A DNA stretch of 64,000 nucleotides from Eledone cirrhosa (taxonomy: Eukaryota), in the NCBI GenBank assembly GCA_964016885.1, contig OZ024740.1:232996001-233060000 (forward strand), read 5' to 3'. Of this stretch, positions 1-13,551 are shown piece after piece (the stretch's first letter is position 1; every line of letters starts with the position of its first letter). The notes beneath the pieces were generated by a model. The model was not told the origin of the DNA and ran no database searches. It worked only from the letters and a program-made list of their open reading frames with translations. The translations under genes and the position numbers were made by a program.

Positions 1-632
1 AGTGGAAGGCAGGCAAACAGTTTCGTTGATATGCTTCAATATTCATCTAGACACATCGTTTCCATTTTCTTTTCTTTAAACTCAATGTAACACTTGCCTT
101 CAGTTATAGATAGACTGATTGCACCTGTTTACATATGTGATACGCTTTATACCTGTATATCGATACTTAAACATATTTTCACATGTATACTTACCATTTT
201 TAATGAAGCTAAGTGTTTGTTTCTGAGTGTATGTGTGTTTGTGTGTGAGTGTGTGTGTGTGTGTCTGTGTGTCTATGTGTATCGTTAATAAATATGTGTT
301 TGTGACTGACAGGCTAATAGTTTACAACATACTAATAGAGATAACGTATGTTTATTAGCAGCAAATATTGTTCAGTTTCTTTGATTAATTATTTTCAAAT
401 GTTTCCATAAGATACTCCTTATTTATCGTTCAACTATATCTAAACACATTAAGCGGTGGAGCGGCTAGCTGTTAACGTTTGCATATTATGAAAGTTCCGT
501 TTGATCACGAAATCAATGGCAGCTGATGATGTAAAATGTTACGATGAACGATGAACGATGAATAAACACATAAATGAGTATGTATGTATGTATGTATGTA
601 TGTATGTATGTATGTATGTATGTATGTATTTA

Positions 633-714
<82 letters not shown>

Positions 715-718
<4 letters not shown>

Positions 719-1004
719 TTTCTTTAGTCAGAATACGGCGATAGTTTATATTTCTAATTTAAAACCCGCTTGCTGTTTAGAAAATATTCTTACGTGACAT
801 ATTACACTTACTAAGATTATAGCTTCTAATTAGAATGAAAGAAGATGGGTGATGGGTTGGTGTAATGGTAGCACAGAGGTCGGGATAACTGAAGATGTGG
901 GTTCGATATCTTTTTCCATTTCTCCGAGGGTTCTGAACTATCAGGCTAAATAATTTCTTTAATTTCTTTAGTCAAAATACAGTGATAGCTTATATTTCTA
1001 ATTT
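715..1004 (+). repeat. TA-embedded element bounded by 46-bp direct repeats, with a tRNA-like internal segment
   Basis: Direct repeats at 715-760 and 959-1004; A-box-like TGGTGTAATGG and B-box-like GGTTCGA at 854-910. Confidence 0.45.
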
Positions 1005-1019
1005 CATATATATATATAA

Positions 1020-1345
1020 GAGATAACAAGTTATCGTTATAGGTAATCCACTTAGAGGTTTTGAATATTCCATAATGTGGATAGTTTTAGCGTACGGCGT
1101 TGTTTGACTCAACAAGAGGTTTCTTTAGGTAGCGAGTTTGTGAGTTCTCGGGAATTCCTATGTAAGTTAATCTTGGAGTAATAATAGTAAAAGAGTGAAG
1201 AATAACATGGTCAACAGTACAAGAAGGGTTTTATTTACAGTATTAACAATTGTTTCATTGGTTAAGTTGTCTTAAAATAGCTAATCACTTGAAGTTGTGT
1301 CACTCAATTTAAAAAATGATGTATGCTTAACCAAATCATCAGATA
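1020..1345 (-). mobile_element. Penelope-like pLTR remnant with degenerate hammerhead (family A)
   Basis: Homologous to 4051-4375. Minus strand reads CTGATGA-tTTGGTTAAG...CTTAACCAAt-GAAAC-AATT-GTT; flanked by (TA)n. Confidence 0.6.
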
Positions 1346-1367
1346 TATATATACATATATATATATG

Positions 1368-1408
<41 letters not shown>

Positions 1409-1430
1409 ATACATATATATATACATATAC

Positions 1431-1463
<33 letters not shown>

Positions 1464-1590
1464 CTTATATATATATATATATATATATACATATATATAT
1501 GTATATATACATATATATATGTGTATATGAATGAATGTATATATATATACGTATATATATAAGTATATAATGGATATATATATATATATA

Positions 1591-1810
1591 TAGTAATAAT
1601 AATAGATTTGAAGACTAAAATCCAAAGAGGGCTCGATAAGGATAAATATATATCAAATATATAAGAACCGTAGAGCAAATATTTATTAAAATAACAGATT
1701 AAAGTTTCAGCGAAGAACCGCTGCTTTCACCCTTAACGGGATCTTCTGAAGATTCCGTTAAGGGTGAAAGCAGCGATTCTTTGCTTAAACTTTAATCTGT
1801 TATTTTAATA
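1591..1810. mobile_element. TA-embedded fold-back element (family X)
   Basis: Imperfect palindrome 1684-1810 centred near 1746; related copies at 2748-2820, 23666-23817 and 26136-26204. Confidence 0.65.
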
Positions 1811-1900
1811 TATATATATATATATATAACATATATAACATATATACATATATATATATACATATATATATATACATATATATATATGAATATATATATA

Positions 1901-1946
<46 letters not shown>

Positions 1947-2347
1947 CATATACATATATATGTATGTGTCTGTGAGTGTGTGTGTGTGTGTGTGTTTGGT
2001 TTGAATGAAGTAGAGTTATATTACTAATTTAAAATACATACACACTATTACATTTAGTTATATTTTGTAACCATTTTTACAAATAATAGAATGTGACGTT
2101 AAGGCTGACGTCGAAAAACGCTGATACCTAATGATATATACAGTTATCACAAGCAAAAAAAAAAAGAAGCATTTATTCATTTCGTACACAGCTAATATGA
2201 TTCAACCTCGTGATAATTGTTTAACTTTCTATAGACGATCAGATATCATATAATATTACTTGACTATCATGCAACAGCAGAATATACATACATACATGCA
2301 TACATACATCCAAGCATGCATGCATACATACATACATACATATCTAT

Positions 2348-2383
<36 letters not shown>

Positions 2384-2423
2384 GTATAATTATATGTATA
2401 TATGTATATATATATATATATAT

Positions 2424-2626
2424 AAAACAAAGAAAGTGTGGTAAGGAGCCAGGTTGACCATAACGCACCAGAGTACTCGATACTTAGGGTAGTAGAGTGG
2501 ATAATGGGAAAACAGTCAGGCTCCTACGGCTGAGATCCAGCCGTTTCGACAGCTATATCCAAACTGTTCGTATCTAGCTAGCTGTTGAAACAGCCGGAGC
2601 TCAGCGCTCGAGGTCCTGAATCTTTT

Positions 2627-2630
<4 letters not shown>
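2424..2630. mobile_element. TA-embedded PLE-like remnant with short inverted arm
   Basis: CTGAG..CCGTTTCGACAGCTA inverted against TAGCTGTTGAAACAGCCGGAGCTCAG; reverse-complement homolog at 21900-22028. Confidence 0.5.
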
Positions 2631-2691
<61 letters not shown>

Positions 2692-2713
2692 ATAATAATA
2701 AATTATAATAATA

Positions 2714-2751
<38 letters not shown>

Positions 2752-2766
2752 AAAATAACAGATTAA

Positions 2767-2817
2767 AGTTTAAGCAAAGAATCGCTGCTTTCACCCTTAA
2801 CGGGATCTTCTGAAACT
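2767..2817 (-). ncRNA. Hammerhead-like fold with variant core (CAGAAGA; CUU site)
   Basis: agttt-CAGAAGA-tccc gttaa gggt-GAAA-gca..tgc-TT-aaact; stems I, II and III pair but the core is non-canonical. Confidence 0.4.
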
Positions 2818-3110
2818 AAAAAAGTTAATCTGTGAACGCAGAAGTAAATATTTTAAAAAAACGTTGCAACCGAATGAAGATAGGAAGAGGATACTTTGGT
2901 TCGTGGAAACGTTCCCTGGCAAAGAACGGAAAAAAACGAAGATAATACATCATTATTTGGTGCAGTAAAAACAATTAAACGCGAAGACAAAACCACGTTT
3001 ATGGTATAAATGAAGTCGTAGACTAATATTCTATTAGGTGGTTCATGGAGACGTTCTCTGGTAATGAACGGAAAAAACGAAGATAATACGTCATTATGTG
3101 AAGCAATAAA

Positions 3111-3300
3111 GGGTGGTGGATTGGCAGTATCGGTAGAGGGTCGGACGCCATGCTTTCCAGAATAGTTACGTCCCTTTACGATCTGAGTTCAAATCCCGCC
3201 GAGGTTGACTTTGCCTTTCATCCTTACGGGGTCGATAAAATAAAGTACTAGTAATGCACTGGGTAATTGCTGGCCTTGTGCCTAAAGTAGAAACAATTAT
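3111..3300 (+). mobile_element. tRNA-derived SINE family 1 (octopus OK-like), full length
   Basis: A box TGGCAGTATCGG, B box GAGTTCAAATCC, core GCCTTTCATCCTTACGGGGTCGATAAAA; TSD ATTATGTGAAGCAATAAA at 3093-3110 and 3296-3313. Confidence 0.9.
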
Positions 3301-3351
3301 GTGAAGCAATAAAAGTCTTCAAATTTATTATTATTACTATATATATATAAT

Positions 3352-3628
3352 CTACAGATTCCCGAGTTGTGTCCGGGTGGGGTGGTGTAGCGTATAACCA
3401 TAACTTACAAAATGTACTCAATATATTGGTAGAATGTAGGCATTTTTAATTGTATATAGAAATGTCTTTTACAGGACTAGAAACATTTCATTCGTATGAA
3501 ATCACCAGGAATGTCCTAGTGATTTCATACAAATGAAACAGTTCTAGTCCAGTGAAGTCATTTCTATATAAAATAATTCCTATATATATACATATAAATA
3601 TACGTGTGTGTGCATACAAACACGTACG

Positions 3629-3705
<77 letters not shown>

Positions 3706-3976
3706 ACACACACACACACATACACACAAACACACACACACACACACACACGTATATATATATATGTATGTGTGCGTGTGTGTGTATATCCCGGGTTCAA
3801 TCCGGGGTAACCACAGTAAGTAAGGTACTCAATACATAGCAGAGTTTAAATATTTAAAATAGAAATGGCTTCTACAGGGCTAGAACTGTTTCATTCGACG
3901 GAAATCATCACGCTTTCCTGGTGATATCCTTATTTCCTTCGAATGAAACATTTCTAGTCATGTAGGAGCCATTTCT

Positions 3977-3980
<4 letters not shown>
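3352..3980. mobile_element. Two related PLE-like fold-back remnants separated by (CA)n (family C)
   Basis: Hairpins at 3453-3570 and ~3860-3980 containing TGATTT..AATGAAACAGTTCTAGTC hammerhead-like cores; third copy at 13850-14088. Confidence 0.55.
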
Positions 3981-4050
<70 letters not shown>

Positions 4051-4051
<1 letters not shown>

Positions 4052-4518
4052 GGGATAACAAGTTATCGTAATAGGTAATCCACTTAGATGTAGTCCAGTT
4101 AGAGTACTCCGTGTTGTGGATGGTATTAACGTATGGCTTAGTTTGACTCAACAAGACGTTTCCACAGTGATGCAGCGAGTTCACGGTGATTTCTATGCAG
4201 GTTATAATTGGAGTAATAATAATTCAAGAAAGAAGTATTGGCTATACAATAAAGTCTTTATTCACATTGCTGACAATTGTTTCTTCGATTTGGTATGTCT
4301 AGAGTTCGCTACTCGCTTGATGTTGCGACAATCGATCTCCAATACTTTGCTTATACCTAATCGTTTCATCAGAGCGTGCGGAAACGATTAGGTATAAACA
4401 AAGTATTGGAGATCGATTGTCGCAACATCAAGCGAGTAGCGAACTCTAGAAGAAACAATTGTCAGCAATGTGAATAAAGCCCTTATTGTATAGCCAACCA
4501 TGTCACTCTTCTTTCTTG

Positions 4519-4523
<5 letters not shown>
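4051..4523 (-). mobile_element. PLE-like pLTR with inverted tail-to-tail arm (family A)
   Basis: Arms 4220-4366 and 4382-4523; (TA)n on both sides; contains a hammerhead. Confidence 0.7.
4269..4375 (-). ncRNA. Type I hammerhead ribozyme with long stem II loop
   Basis: gct-CTGATGA-aaCGATTAGGTAT...ATACCAAATCGaa-GAAAC-AATT-GTC-agc; palindromic stem III ACAATTGT. Confidence 0.65.
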
Positions 4524-4574
<51 letters not shown>

Positions 4575-5520
4575 CTGTTCCAGAAAAGCAGGTTCGGGCT
4601 ACATTCGCTAGTTCCGCGAGAAAAATACCGTTTAAATTGCAATGGAATATCTTAACCAGCTTTAAACATTACACAGGGGTACTCCATCATTGCACATTTT
4701 GCTCCAAAGAAACAATACGCTCGGATGGTAAAAATACTTTGCTAATATTATATGCACATACACAAACGCAATTACACTTTTCACATCGGTTTTAACACAG
4801 GCGCTAACAGACATAGTACGGAATACATACCTAAGATTATGAACTACAAGGCAACCCCGCTATAATAACACGCATACAGCCTTACATAAAATACACTAAT
4901 ACATCAAACCATAACCATTTCTGCAGACTACCGCTTACCAAAGATAAATATATGTATCAGACAACCAATCACCAATATGAACCCTCTTCTACGCTAGCTA
5001 ACGAAATACCCAATAAAGCTAAACTCTATACTATACGCCTATAATAGAAATCTAATAATACACACAAACAAATAATTTATTAACCAGTGAAAAATACCCC
5101 AGTTAGGTGCACCAACAAAATACCCAGCATATGGCACCCACAAAAAATCAATAACCTTTTGTACTTATAAAAAAAAAATCATATTCTTTTTGTACTCAAC
5201 AAAGAACCAACAAATATAGACAATATCCAGCAGATAAGATACAACTCTGTAAGCACACCAACATCACAACACCAGAGACTTTTAATATACCACTTTGATT
5301 GGAGTCTTGCAAAACAAACACTACCTTACCATCCACCCCTACTTCCATAACAATAACTTTTAAACATACTAACTGTATGTCTGTCTTATCATAGCATTTA
5401 GAGATGTTATATTTGCTGCATGAAGATACAATTGAAACTAACCAACAACAACGACAACAATACCTGAGTTTCAAGCAAAAATTTATCCAAACCCACCCGA
5501 AATCTCATCCTATTCTTTTA
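4575..5520 (+). mobile_element. Highly degenerate retroelement remnant, possibly PLE
   Basis: A/C-skewed segment with weak similarity to the reverse complement of 15300-16050; no intact motif. Confidence 0.25.
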
Positions 5521-5825
5521 TGTTAAACGAGCAGACCCCCCACCCCCTTCGGGTGGTTTTCTGCTAGCCTGTGTAGTGTGCATATTGATATTATACGCAA
5601 GTAAATATACATGTAGATATGATACATCAAATAATATCCCTAATTGACAATACACACAGAAATTGAACGAAGACTGCGTTACACTGTCTTATGTAATCAG
5701 TAACGTAATCCATTGACGGAAATATATGACTGTTTATTTAAGCGATCGCTAACCGAAAGTGTTGACATTTGAACATTTTAAAGAAGTGAATCTTAAAATA
5801 GGCGACAACATTATTTATATTTTAA

Positions 5826-6016
5826 TGCGGTGACTTGGCAGAATCGTTAGAGGGTCTGACGCCATGCTTTGCCGCATAGAGTTACGACCCTTTCCATTCT
5901 GAGTTCAAATCCCGCCGAGGTTAACTTTGCCTTTCATCCTTACGGGGTCGATAAAATAAAGTACCAGTAATGCACTGGGTAATTGCTGGCCTTGTGCCTA
6001 AAGTAGAAACAATTAT
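5826..6016 (+). mobile_element. SINE family 1
   Basis: Same consensus as 3111-3300; ATTATTTATATTT-like TSD. Confidence 0.9.
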
Positions 6017-6070
6017 TTATATTTAATCAAGTATAACGAAATTTAGTAAATAAATTATATAATATTCACC

Positions 6071-6177
6071 AAATCCCGCCAAGGTTAACTTTGCCATCCT
6101 TACGGGGTCGATAAAATAAAGTACCAGTAATGTACTGAGTACATTGCTGGCCTTGTGCCAAAAGTAGATATAATTAT
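6071..6177 (+). mobile_element. SINE family 1, 5'-truncated
   Basis: 3' half of the consensus. Confidence 0.85.
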
Positions 6178-7422
6178 TTATTCAAAGTAATCCAACTTAT
6201 TTTACAAACGGAATAACAAATATATATTCTGGACGCTGTCCCGCACTCCACCCTTTATTATAGGCTAGATTGTAATTGTATTTTGTAAAACTTTTTTTTT
6301 CTTTCTGTAAATTTTGGTTTACTACTAGTATGATAACGTCCTCTTTGTTATTCTGTCATATACGTGTGCGAGCATGTCTGTTATAGTATATTGAAAATGA
6401 AGAGATAGAAAAAATATATGCAAAGCTGAGCATTATATACTTTGTTATTTGTAGTAATCAGTAATCCGTGTTTATCTTGCGTTTATCTCGGTGCCGGCAT
6501 TTACTGCTGAGATGTCAAACTTGAGAGCGATAGAAACAAGCTGAAGGATGTCTGATATCAATTTGAGATTCGATTGTATGCCTTCTTAATGACAAATTCA
6601 AGTATCCATGACTGCAATGTTGAAATATCATATCTATTTTTAATGCATTTATAGCATATATTAATATATTTAAGCACTTATGCTCGTGCGTGTGTATGCG
6701 CGGGTGCGTATGTGGGTGTGCATAACAGACATACATTTTGTTCTCACATTAAATGAGAGAAGTGGGTAATGGAGTGAGAACAAACTTAACAACATTGCCT
6801 CAGCAGCATTTCTCACCAGCGCCTCGCAGACATGAGAGTGAAAGCATTGCCGCAGAGAACAGCCAGCGATACTCACTGCACCAGCTATTCTACCCCGTGG
6901 CAATCCGTCTCCAAACATAATGCAATAATAACAATTTGGCGGAGAAAAACGGCAGACTGGTAATCGAGGATAGCGAAGCTCTCAATGGTGAATTGTAGAA
7001 ATAATGCTAAGCATTTCAAACCTGAATCTGTGTGACATAAGGAATATTACAACGATGGACCGTTGTACCAAATTATAGGTGCAAGTTATTCAAAGCTGTT
7101 CCACATTGGCTCCATCAACTCAATTTCAGCCACAAAGTCTTGCGTCAACCCAATGCTATGATAAGATACACTTGCCAAATATACATACATGCATACACAC
7201 TATTGTAAATATATAAACTTTTACATACCATCGTTATTACAAACCACGTGTCATTCAGTGCTACATATCAGAGTAGCTTACTCGACAGCAATGCCTGGAT
7301 GAGACAATGGGGGAAGCCTTGTATAATCACCTGGCTTGCTTTAAATTGCAGGCAATTTTACACTGAGTCAGACTATATTACTTAAAATATAACACATAGG
7401 ACAATGTAATTTAGAGAACATA

Positions 7423-7606
7423 AATGTCTCTACTTTTGGCACAAGGCCAACAATTACCCAGTACATTACTGGTACTTTATTTTATGGACCCCGGAAGGAT
7501 TAAAGGCATAGTTAACCTCGGCGGGATTTGAACTCAGATCGTAAAGGGACGTAACTACGCTGGAAAGCATGTCTGACCCTCTACCAATACTGTCAATTCA
7601 CCGCCC
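7423..7606 (-). mobile_element. SINE family 1
   Basis: Reverse-complement consensus; TSD AATTTAGAGAACATAA. Confidence 0.9.
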
Positions 7607-7914
7607 TAAATTTAGAGAACATAATGCCAGAAATTAAGATACAATGATCATAGTAACTATTCCTTAGATTATAGGTTTGTTCAATCAGATATGACTTAGT
7701 GTTTAACAAAAACAGTTACAAACTGAACTATTACAAAAAATGTCAATTGAACAACACTTTTGTCTCACACAGAGAGATATGTAATAGTTTCAAACATTTA
7801 CCCAGTGGATATCAGCTAGCCAAAGTGGAAGTGAAACCTATGAAGTTACACACAATTATTTCTACATTGTTATAACAGACTGCACACAACACTTTAATAA
7901 TTATATTCTTTAGC

Positions 7915-8130
7915 GCTGTGGATGGGTAGAATCGTTGAAGCATCGAACGAAGTCTTGTGATATTCAGTTGGAACCATTTACATTCCTAGTTCCAATCCCA
8001 TTGAGATCGAAGTTGAATTTGATCTCAATATTCTAGATCACGTAGCAGTCAAGTATTATCATTAACATAATAGGTAGTTCCCCCTCACCCTGCTGAATAT
8101 CTGTCCTTGTGCTTATTTAAGGAATCATTA
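7915..8130 (+). mobile_element. Old diverged SINE family 1 relative
   Basis: GGTAGAATCGTT...AGTTCCAATCCC...GTCCTTGTGCTTA landmarks. Confidence 0.5.
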
Positions 8131-8739
8131 TTTATGATTTTACCATTACATACATATATGTACACACTCACCGAGGTAATATGCGCACAAACCTATAGAA
8201 CCTTTTATCGCCTGCAGTAGAATCGGTTTTTCTAGTTTGATGAGAGCTTGCTTCGTTTTTCTTGTTCGGTGGAACTTGTAAGACAAAAGTTATTTTCCAG
8301 ACTATAACACTCTTTCGAACTCCGAGGACATGCATGGCTTTCAAAATGTTTATTTATAAACATACCGTATATCTTTAGATATACGAAATACCCATACATA
8401 TATATGTTTATATTTCTTTTTGCATTCAATTTGTAATTAATTAAAAGAAACTGATATTCATGTTGTGCATGATACAAATTGGGTTGCTGATGTTTCCTCC
8501 TCCAATAACAGCCCCCTTTTTCATCAATATCATCTTTGGCTTTGGCTGCTCATTCATCATCAATAATAACGCCTCCACCAGTGCCATCGCCACGGCCAAC
8601 ACACACAACCAACCCCTCCACAATCACTACCACCACAATCATCTTTCTGTGAAATGGTGAGAGGGGTAGTTATGTAGAATAACAATGATGACAGAACATC
8701 TATGGGTTAGAGCGATACATCGGGTGGTTAGCGGGTTGA

Positions 8740-9700
8740 TATGAGGATGAGGAGGAGGGGGAGGAGGCGGAGAGGGGGTGATCATAATAATTTGAGGGAA
8801 GGTGGTGATTGTTGGGTTGATGATGGTGGCAGTAGTGCTGATGCAGATTATGATATGTTGATGAAGATGATTTGGAAGAAGAAGAAGAAGAAGAAGAAGA
8901 AGAAGGAAAAGAATAATAATAATAAGAAGAAGAAGAATAATGCGGAGGAGGAGGAGGAGTGATGGTGAATGATATGGAGAGGAGGGGGGGGGGGGTAGAA
9001 GAAGGAGAAGAAGAAGAACAACAGCAACAACAGCAACAACAGCAACAACAAGAACAACACAAACAGCAACAAGAACAACAGCAACAGCATTAACAGCAAA
9101 ACCAACAAAAGTAAGAGCAAAAATACCAAACAAAAGCAACAGCAGCAGCAACAAGAAAAAAAGAAGATGACAATGAGGATGATGGAGATGGGGATGGGGA
9201 TGGGGGTTATAAGAAAGGAGGAGAGATAAATATAGAGTTGCTGAAGAGGAGTTGTTGTATTGATGAGACGAAAGGAAGTGTGAGGGGGGAGGGGGTCTTG
9301 AGTTAGGGTTAGAAGTGTTGATGACAAGTGATGGATAAAGGTTTGTGGTGGTGATGGTGGTGGTGGTGGTGGTGGTGGTCGTGGTGATGGTGGGGAGGGG
9401 GTGGAGGGGGTGGAAGTTGTGGTGGTGGTAGTAGTTGTTGGTGGTGTCGGTGGTGATGGTGGTGGTAGCGTTGGTGGTGGTGGTGGTGGTAGTAGTTGGT
9501 GGGAGTAGTTGGTGGTGGTGGCGGTGGCGGTGATGGTGGTGGTAGTGGTGGTGGGTGGTGTTGATGGTGGGGAGGGGGTGGAAGTGGTGGTGATGGTGGT
9601 GGTGGTAGTAGTTGGTGGTGGTGTCGGTGGTGGTAGTGGTGGTGGTGGTGGAGGGCGGGAGGTGTAGGGTGGGGGCGTTGTAGGTGACAGCAGTGACGGG
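8740..9700. repeat. Compound trinucleotide low-complexity tract (GAA/AAT/CAA/GGT)
   Basis: Direct inspection; internal ~180-bp duplication within the GGT tract. Confidence 0.9.
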
Positions 9701-9904
9701 GAGATGGTTGCGATGATAAGAGGTGTGTATATTAATACCTTTCCCGACAATGGTAAGTGTTATTTGCCAAAGTTATCAAGATGTAAGATGGATGCTAGTT
9801 GATAAACATCGACATGAGGCCATCTGACATAAACCGTAGGTGGTTGGTTCTGACAATAACAGCAACAACAATGACGCCGGCAATGACAATAACAACATCA
9901 GCTG

Positions 9905-10215
9905 GGTTTCTGATTTAGACACAAGCCGAACAATTTGGGGCGAGGGGAATGTCGATTTAAATCGACTCCAGTACATTACTGGAGCTTTATTTTATCGACC
10001 CCGTAGGCATGAAAGGCAAAGCTAACCTCGGCGGAATTTGAACTCAGAGCGTAAAGGGCCATAACTCTATGCCACAAATCATATTGCCCGACGCTCTATT
10101 GATGCTGCCACTGATTTAGGTAAAAGCGAAACAATTTGGGGGAGGGGAAAGTCGATTAAATCGGCCCCAGTGCGTTACTGGTATTTTATTTCATCGACAC
10201 CGCAAGGACGAAAAA
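9905..10215 (-). mobile_element. Longer-variant SINE family 1 copy plus partial second copy
   Basis: Consensus core plus an extra GTCGATTTAAATCGAC hairpin segment. Confidence 0.75.
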
Positions 10216-10462
10216 CTACACATAAACTTGTAAAGTTTCTCAAGCAACTGCTGCTAAGTTAAGCGTGTTAATTAGCCTCGGCTAAGTCCCTGATCTCAGA
10301 GGCTCAATATATCGCGTTGGATTCTGGCAGTGGTAGTTATGGTGGAGATTTGAGCACTGCCTATGAAGTCATGGATTACATAACGTGAGTTGTTTCGGGA
10401 CGGTGCCTAACGCCCTATTGATGATTGGCCTGAGTTCTGTCGCTACGTGATGCTATGTTCTA

Positions 10463-10615
10463 ATAATTGCTTCTACTTATGGCACAAGGCCAGCAATTAC
10501 CCAGTACATTACTGGTACTTTATTTTATCGACCCCGTAAGGAGGAACGGCAAAGTTAACCTCGGCGGGATTTGAACTCAGTCCGTAAAGGGACGTAACTG
10601 TGCTGCAAAGCATAG
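10463..10615 (-). mobile_element. SINE family 1
   Basis: Consensus match. Confidence 0.85.
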
Positions 10616-10794
10616 CAAGTTCTGCTTGTTGATCTTTTCCATTTTCTTTTCAGCCACATTGTGAACTTGAAGTATCGCAATATCAATTAGAGTCCATTTT
10701 TTAGGGGGGGGGGGGGGGGGGGGGGTCACAACAATATCAGAGTGGTTTTCTTGCACTAATAATAATGATGATGATGATGATAATAATAATAATA

Positions 10795-10983
10795 ATCGTT
10801 TCTTATATAGGCACAAGGGGCCAGCAATTTTGGGGTGGGGAAAGTTGATTAAATCGACCCCAGAGCGTGACTGGTACTTTATTTTATCGACTCCGTAAAT
10901 ATGAAATGCAAAGTTAACGTCGGTGGGATTTGAACTCAGATCATAAAGGGCCGTAACTCTATACTGCAAAGTATGGTGTCCGA
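10795..10983 (-). mobile_element. SINE family 1 (long variant)
   Basis: Consensus match with (AAT)n tail. Confidence 0.85.
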
Positions 10984-11288
10984 GAGTAACGAACAAGCAG
11001 TAAGTACAAAGAGGAAGAACAACCTGAATGAAAAGGTCCTTCATGGCATCATTTTAAAGAAAACAGAATTCAGAGATCCAGGCCTTTCTTAAATAGCACT
11101 GCCACCCCCATCTATTCCAGGCCGACTAAGATATGCGAATATCTCATAATCGTCAAAATGATTCTGGTTAGTTTAACTACAAAGCAGTAATAATTGTTTT
11201 ATAGGTTATCTAACAGTGTGAAAATAGAATACACTTACGGACCGATGTAAAACATGTCTCAAGAGACTCAGGAAATGAGACAATAATA

Positions 11289-11412
11289 ATAATTGTTTCT
11301 ACTTTAGGCACAAGGCCAGAAAATACCCAGTGCATTACTGGTACTTTATTTTATCGACCCCGTAAGGATGAAAGGCAAAGTCAACCTCGGCGGGATTTGA
11401 ACTCAGATCGTA
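11289..11412 (-). mobile_element. SINE family 1, truncated
   Basis: Consensus match within (AAT)n. Confidence 0.85.
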
Positions 11413-11649
11413 AATAATAATAATGATGATGATGATGATGATGGTGATCTTGATTGTGATGGTGATGAGGAAGTCGATGACGACGAAGACGACAACAACA
11501 ATAATTTATTTTATTGGCTACAAGTAAAATACATTAGGAAAGCAACAAACTAGACGCAATGTGGAATTTACACTGAGTAAAAATGCTAAGTTAGCAATAA
11601 TAGTTAGGACACATTTAATAATAGATTTTGACGTCGCAAAATGTGCAGT

Positions 11650-12300
11650 TGTGGGCGTGAAAAGGAGAGGAAGTCCCATGTAAATGGCATCGAATTACCA
11701 CCTAGTGATGACGGGTACATATATCTGGGAATCCTAGAGATTGATGATATATAGCATGGACCCATGAAAGTAAATGTAAAAAAAAAAAATCCTACATCTA
11801 CGCAGGCAAAAACTTCCAAAATCTAAACTGCATGCAAGAAACTTTATCCTTCCTGTAGATACCAAAGCTGTATTTATGATACCGTACAGGCGTGGTATCT
11901 TCAAGCGACATAAGCCTGAAGTTGATGAGATATTCCGCAGACTAAGAAAAATGATGCCCATTTATAAAACATTACATTTAAAAGCTAGTTGACATCGGCT
12001 GTATATGAAATGCAGTTGGAAGAAGCGGATTAATAACTGTTACAGAATGTATTGAGAATGAGAGGCGAATCATTATTAGGCCTAGAAAAGGACGAGGCGG
12101 TGAGTAAAGAAGAGTTTAAGAGACGAGGCGCTGCAGAGATAGAAGAGTATTTGGGAAGACATTTATTGGTCAATATGAACGACAAATATCTGCATTAAAG
12201 ACTGAAAGTTCTTGGGATTGTCTCAAACTCACATTGGTCTAAAACGGGGAGACTGGCGCACTGTTGTTTTCAGCACAAGATTAAGCTTTGTGTACTAAGT
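11650..12300 (+). pseudogene. Degenerate R4/Dong-clade non-LTR RT C-terminal fragment
   Basis: Manual translation across stops and frameshifts gives GYIYLGILEIDDI*HGPMK, KLPKSKLHARN and LKRETGALLFSAQD*ALCT, matching the R4-type GYKYLGILE...KSKLN and LKxETEGLIxAAQDQAL motifs. Confidence 0.65.
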
Positions 12301-13551
12301 TGGTGACTAATTGGATATATCATCTTGGTGAATTTGATATCATCTCGATATTGTTGCTGCATATTATTTTCTGTTTCAATCTCTTACTCCTTGTTACCAC
12401 CGAGTGTAGCCGGTTCTGGGAGTTGTATGCTGGGGACGAGGTGTTTATTGTTTGTTTCCAGTTTCGCTCGGTGTAATATTAGCCTCAGCAATCCCTATAA
12501 TTCATTGTCTTCCTCCTTTTAAGCTTGCTGGATTGGCTGCTTTTAGATTGGCTGCCTTTAGATGAACTTGTATAACCATGGTAACCTTACATGTTCACAT
12601 AACAACAATGTTACGTTAGAACCGACCACCCGGCAATATTGTACTACAAAAGGAGACCACTAGCCAGTATTTAATGGTATCGCCGATGTCTGGCCCCCTG
12701 TCGGAACATGAATTTCTCTTGTAATTTTCACAAAATTCATTTATCTAATTTTCTTCGTTCTTTTACTTCAATAAATGATCCTGAGAGAAAAGCTTTTGCT
12801 TTGGTAACATATATTAACATTCCTCTTTCCTTGAGGTTTTTCCATATCAAATCTTTTTTCCAGAAAGATTGTTTGCACACAAAGAAAATGGGGCTGGGTA
12901 TAAAATATTTTTCATGCAAATGTTTTTGCCAAACGTGTTATAAGTACAAGAACGGATAAGGGGGTTTAATGGAACCTGATACGAAATTCGTACTTTATTT
13001 GTTCACCCTAGAGGGTGTTGATATCGGAGCAATTTGAACGCAAAAGCTTTTGTCCAACAAACTAACGATTTTCTATTTACCACGGTGGCAGTGAAACTGC
13101 ATAATTGTTTAAGTATATATATGTATATATATACAGAGGCAGGAAATAAAGAGACAGCGAATTAGCAGAGTCGCTAGATTTCAAATTCCGCCGAGATCAA
13201 CTGGGCTCCACCAGGCTTTACTTGTCCAGAAAATGCCGTATGTCACAGTGGTGTAACTAAAACTCCGAGAGTTACAGATTCATACAAAACAATATATTGT
13301 CTTTTTCTGAGATTTTGCTGTTGTAATCTTCTGTGTGAAATTCACACATTGTCTATGCCTTTTGGACACTGCCTTTTCAAAGTGAAATAATTATTTGTCA
13401 CGCTGAAACAAGGAATTTATTTCATGATTCATTGTTTCTTGATCGGGCTAACTCAGCTAAATCGACTCGTTCATGTTTCCTATCGAGCTATCGTGCACAT
13501 ACGACATTGATACGCCAATATATATATATATAATATATATATATATATATA

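Noticed and set aside
520-560. CTGATGA followed by a small hairpin
   Set aside because: No GAAA core or stem I/III, so not a hammerhead.
5529-5567. GC-rich hairpin ending in CTAG, like a Helitron 3' end
   Set aside because: No matching 5' terminus or second copy in the window.
6790-6920. Peptide ending FYPVAIRL resembling a Rex1/CR1-group RT terminus
   Set aside because: Too short and diverged to support a call.
8848-9750. 300-aa Pro/Thr-rich mucin- or extensin-like ORF
   Set aside because: Made entirely of trinucleotide repeats that are open in several frames; no domain or splice support.
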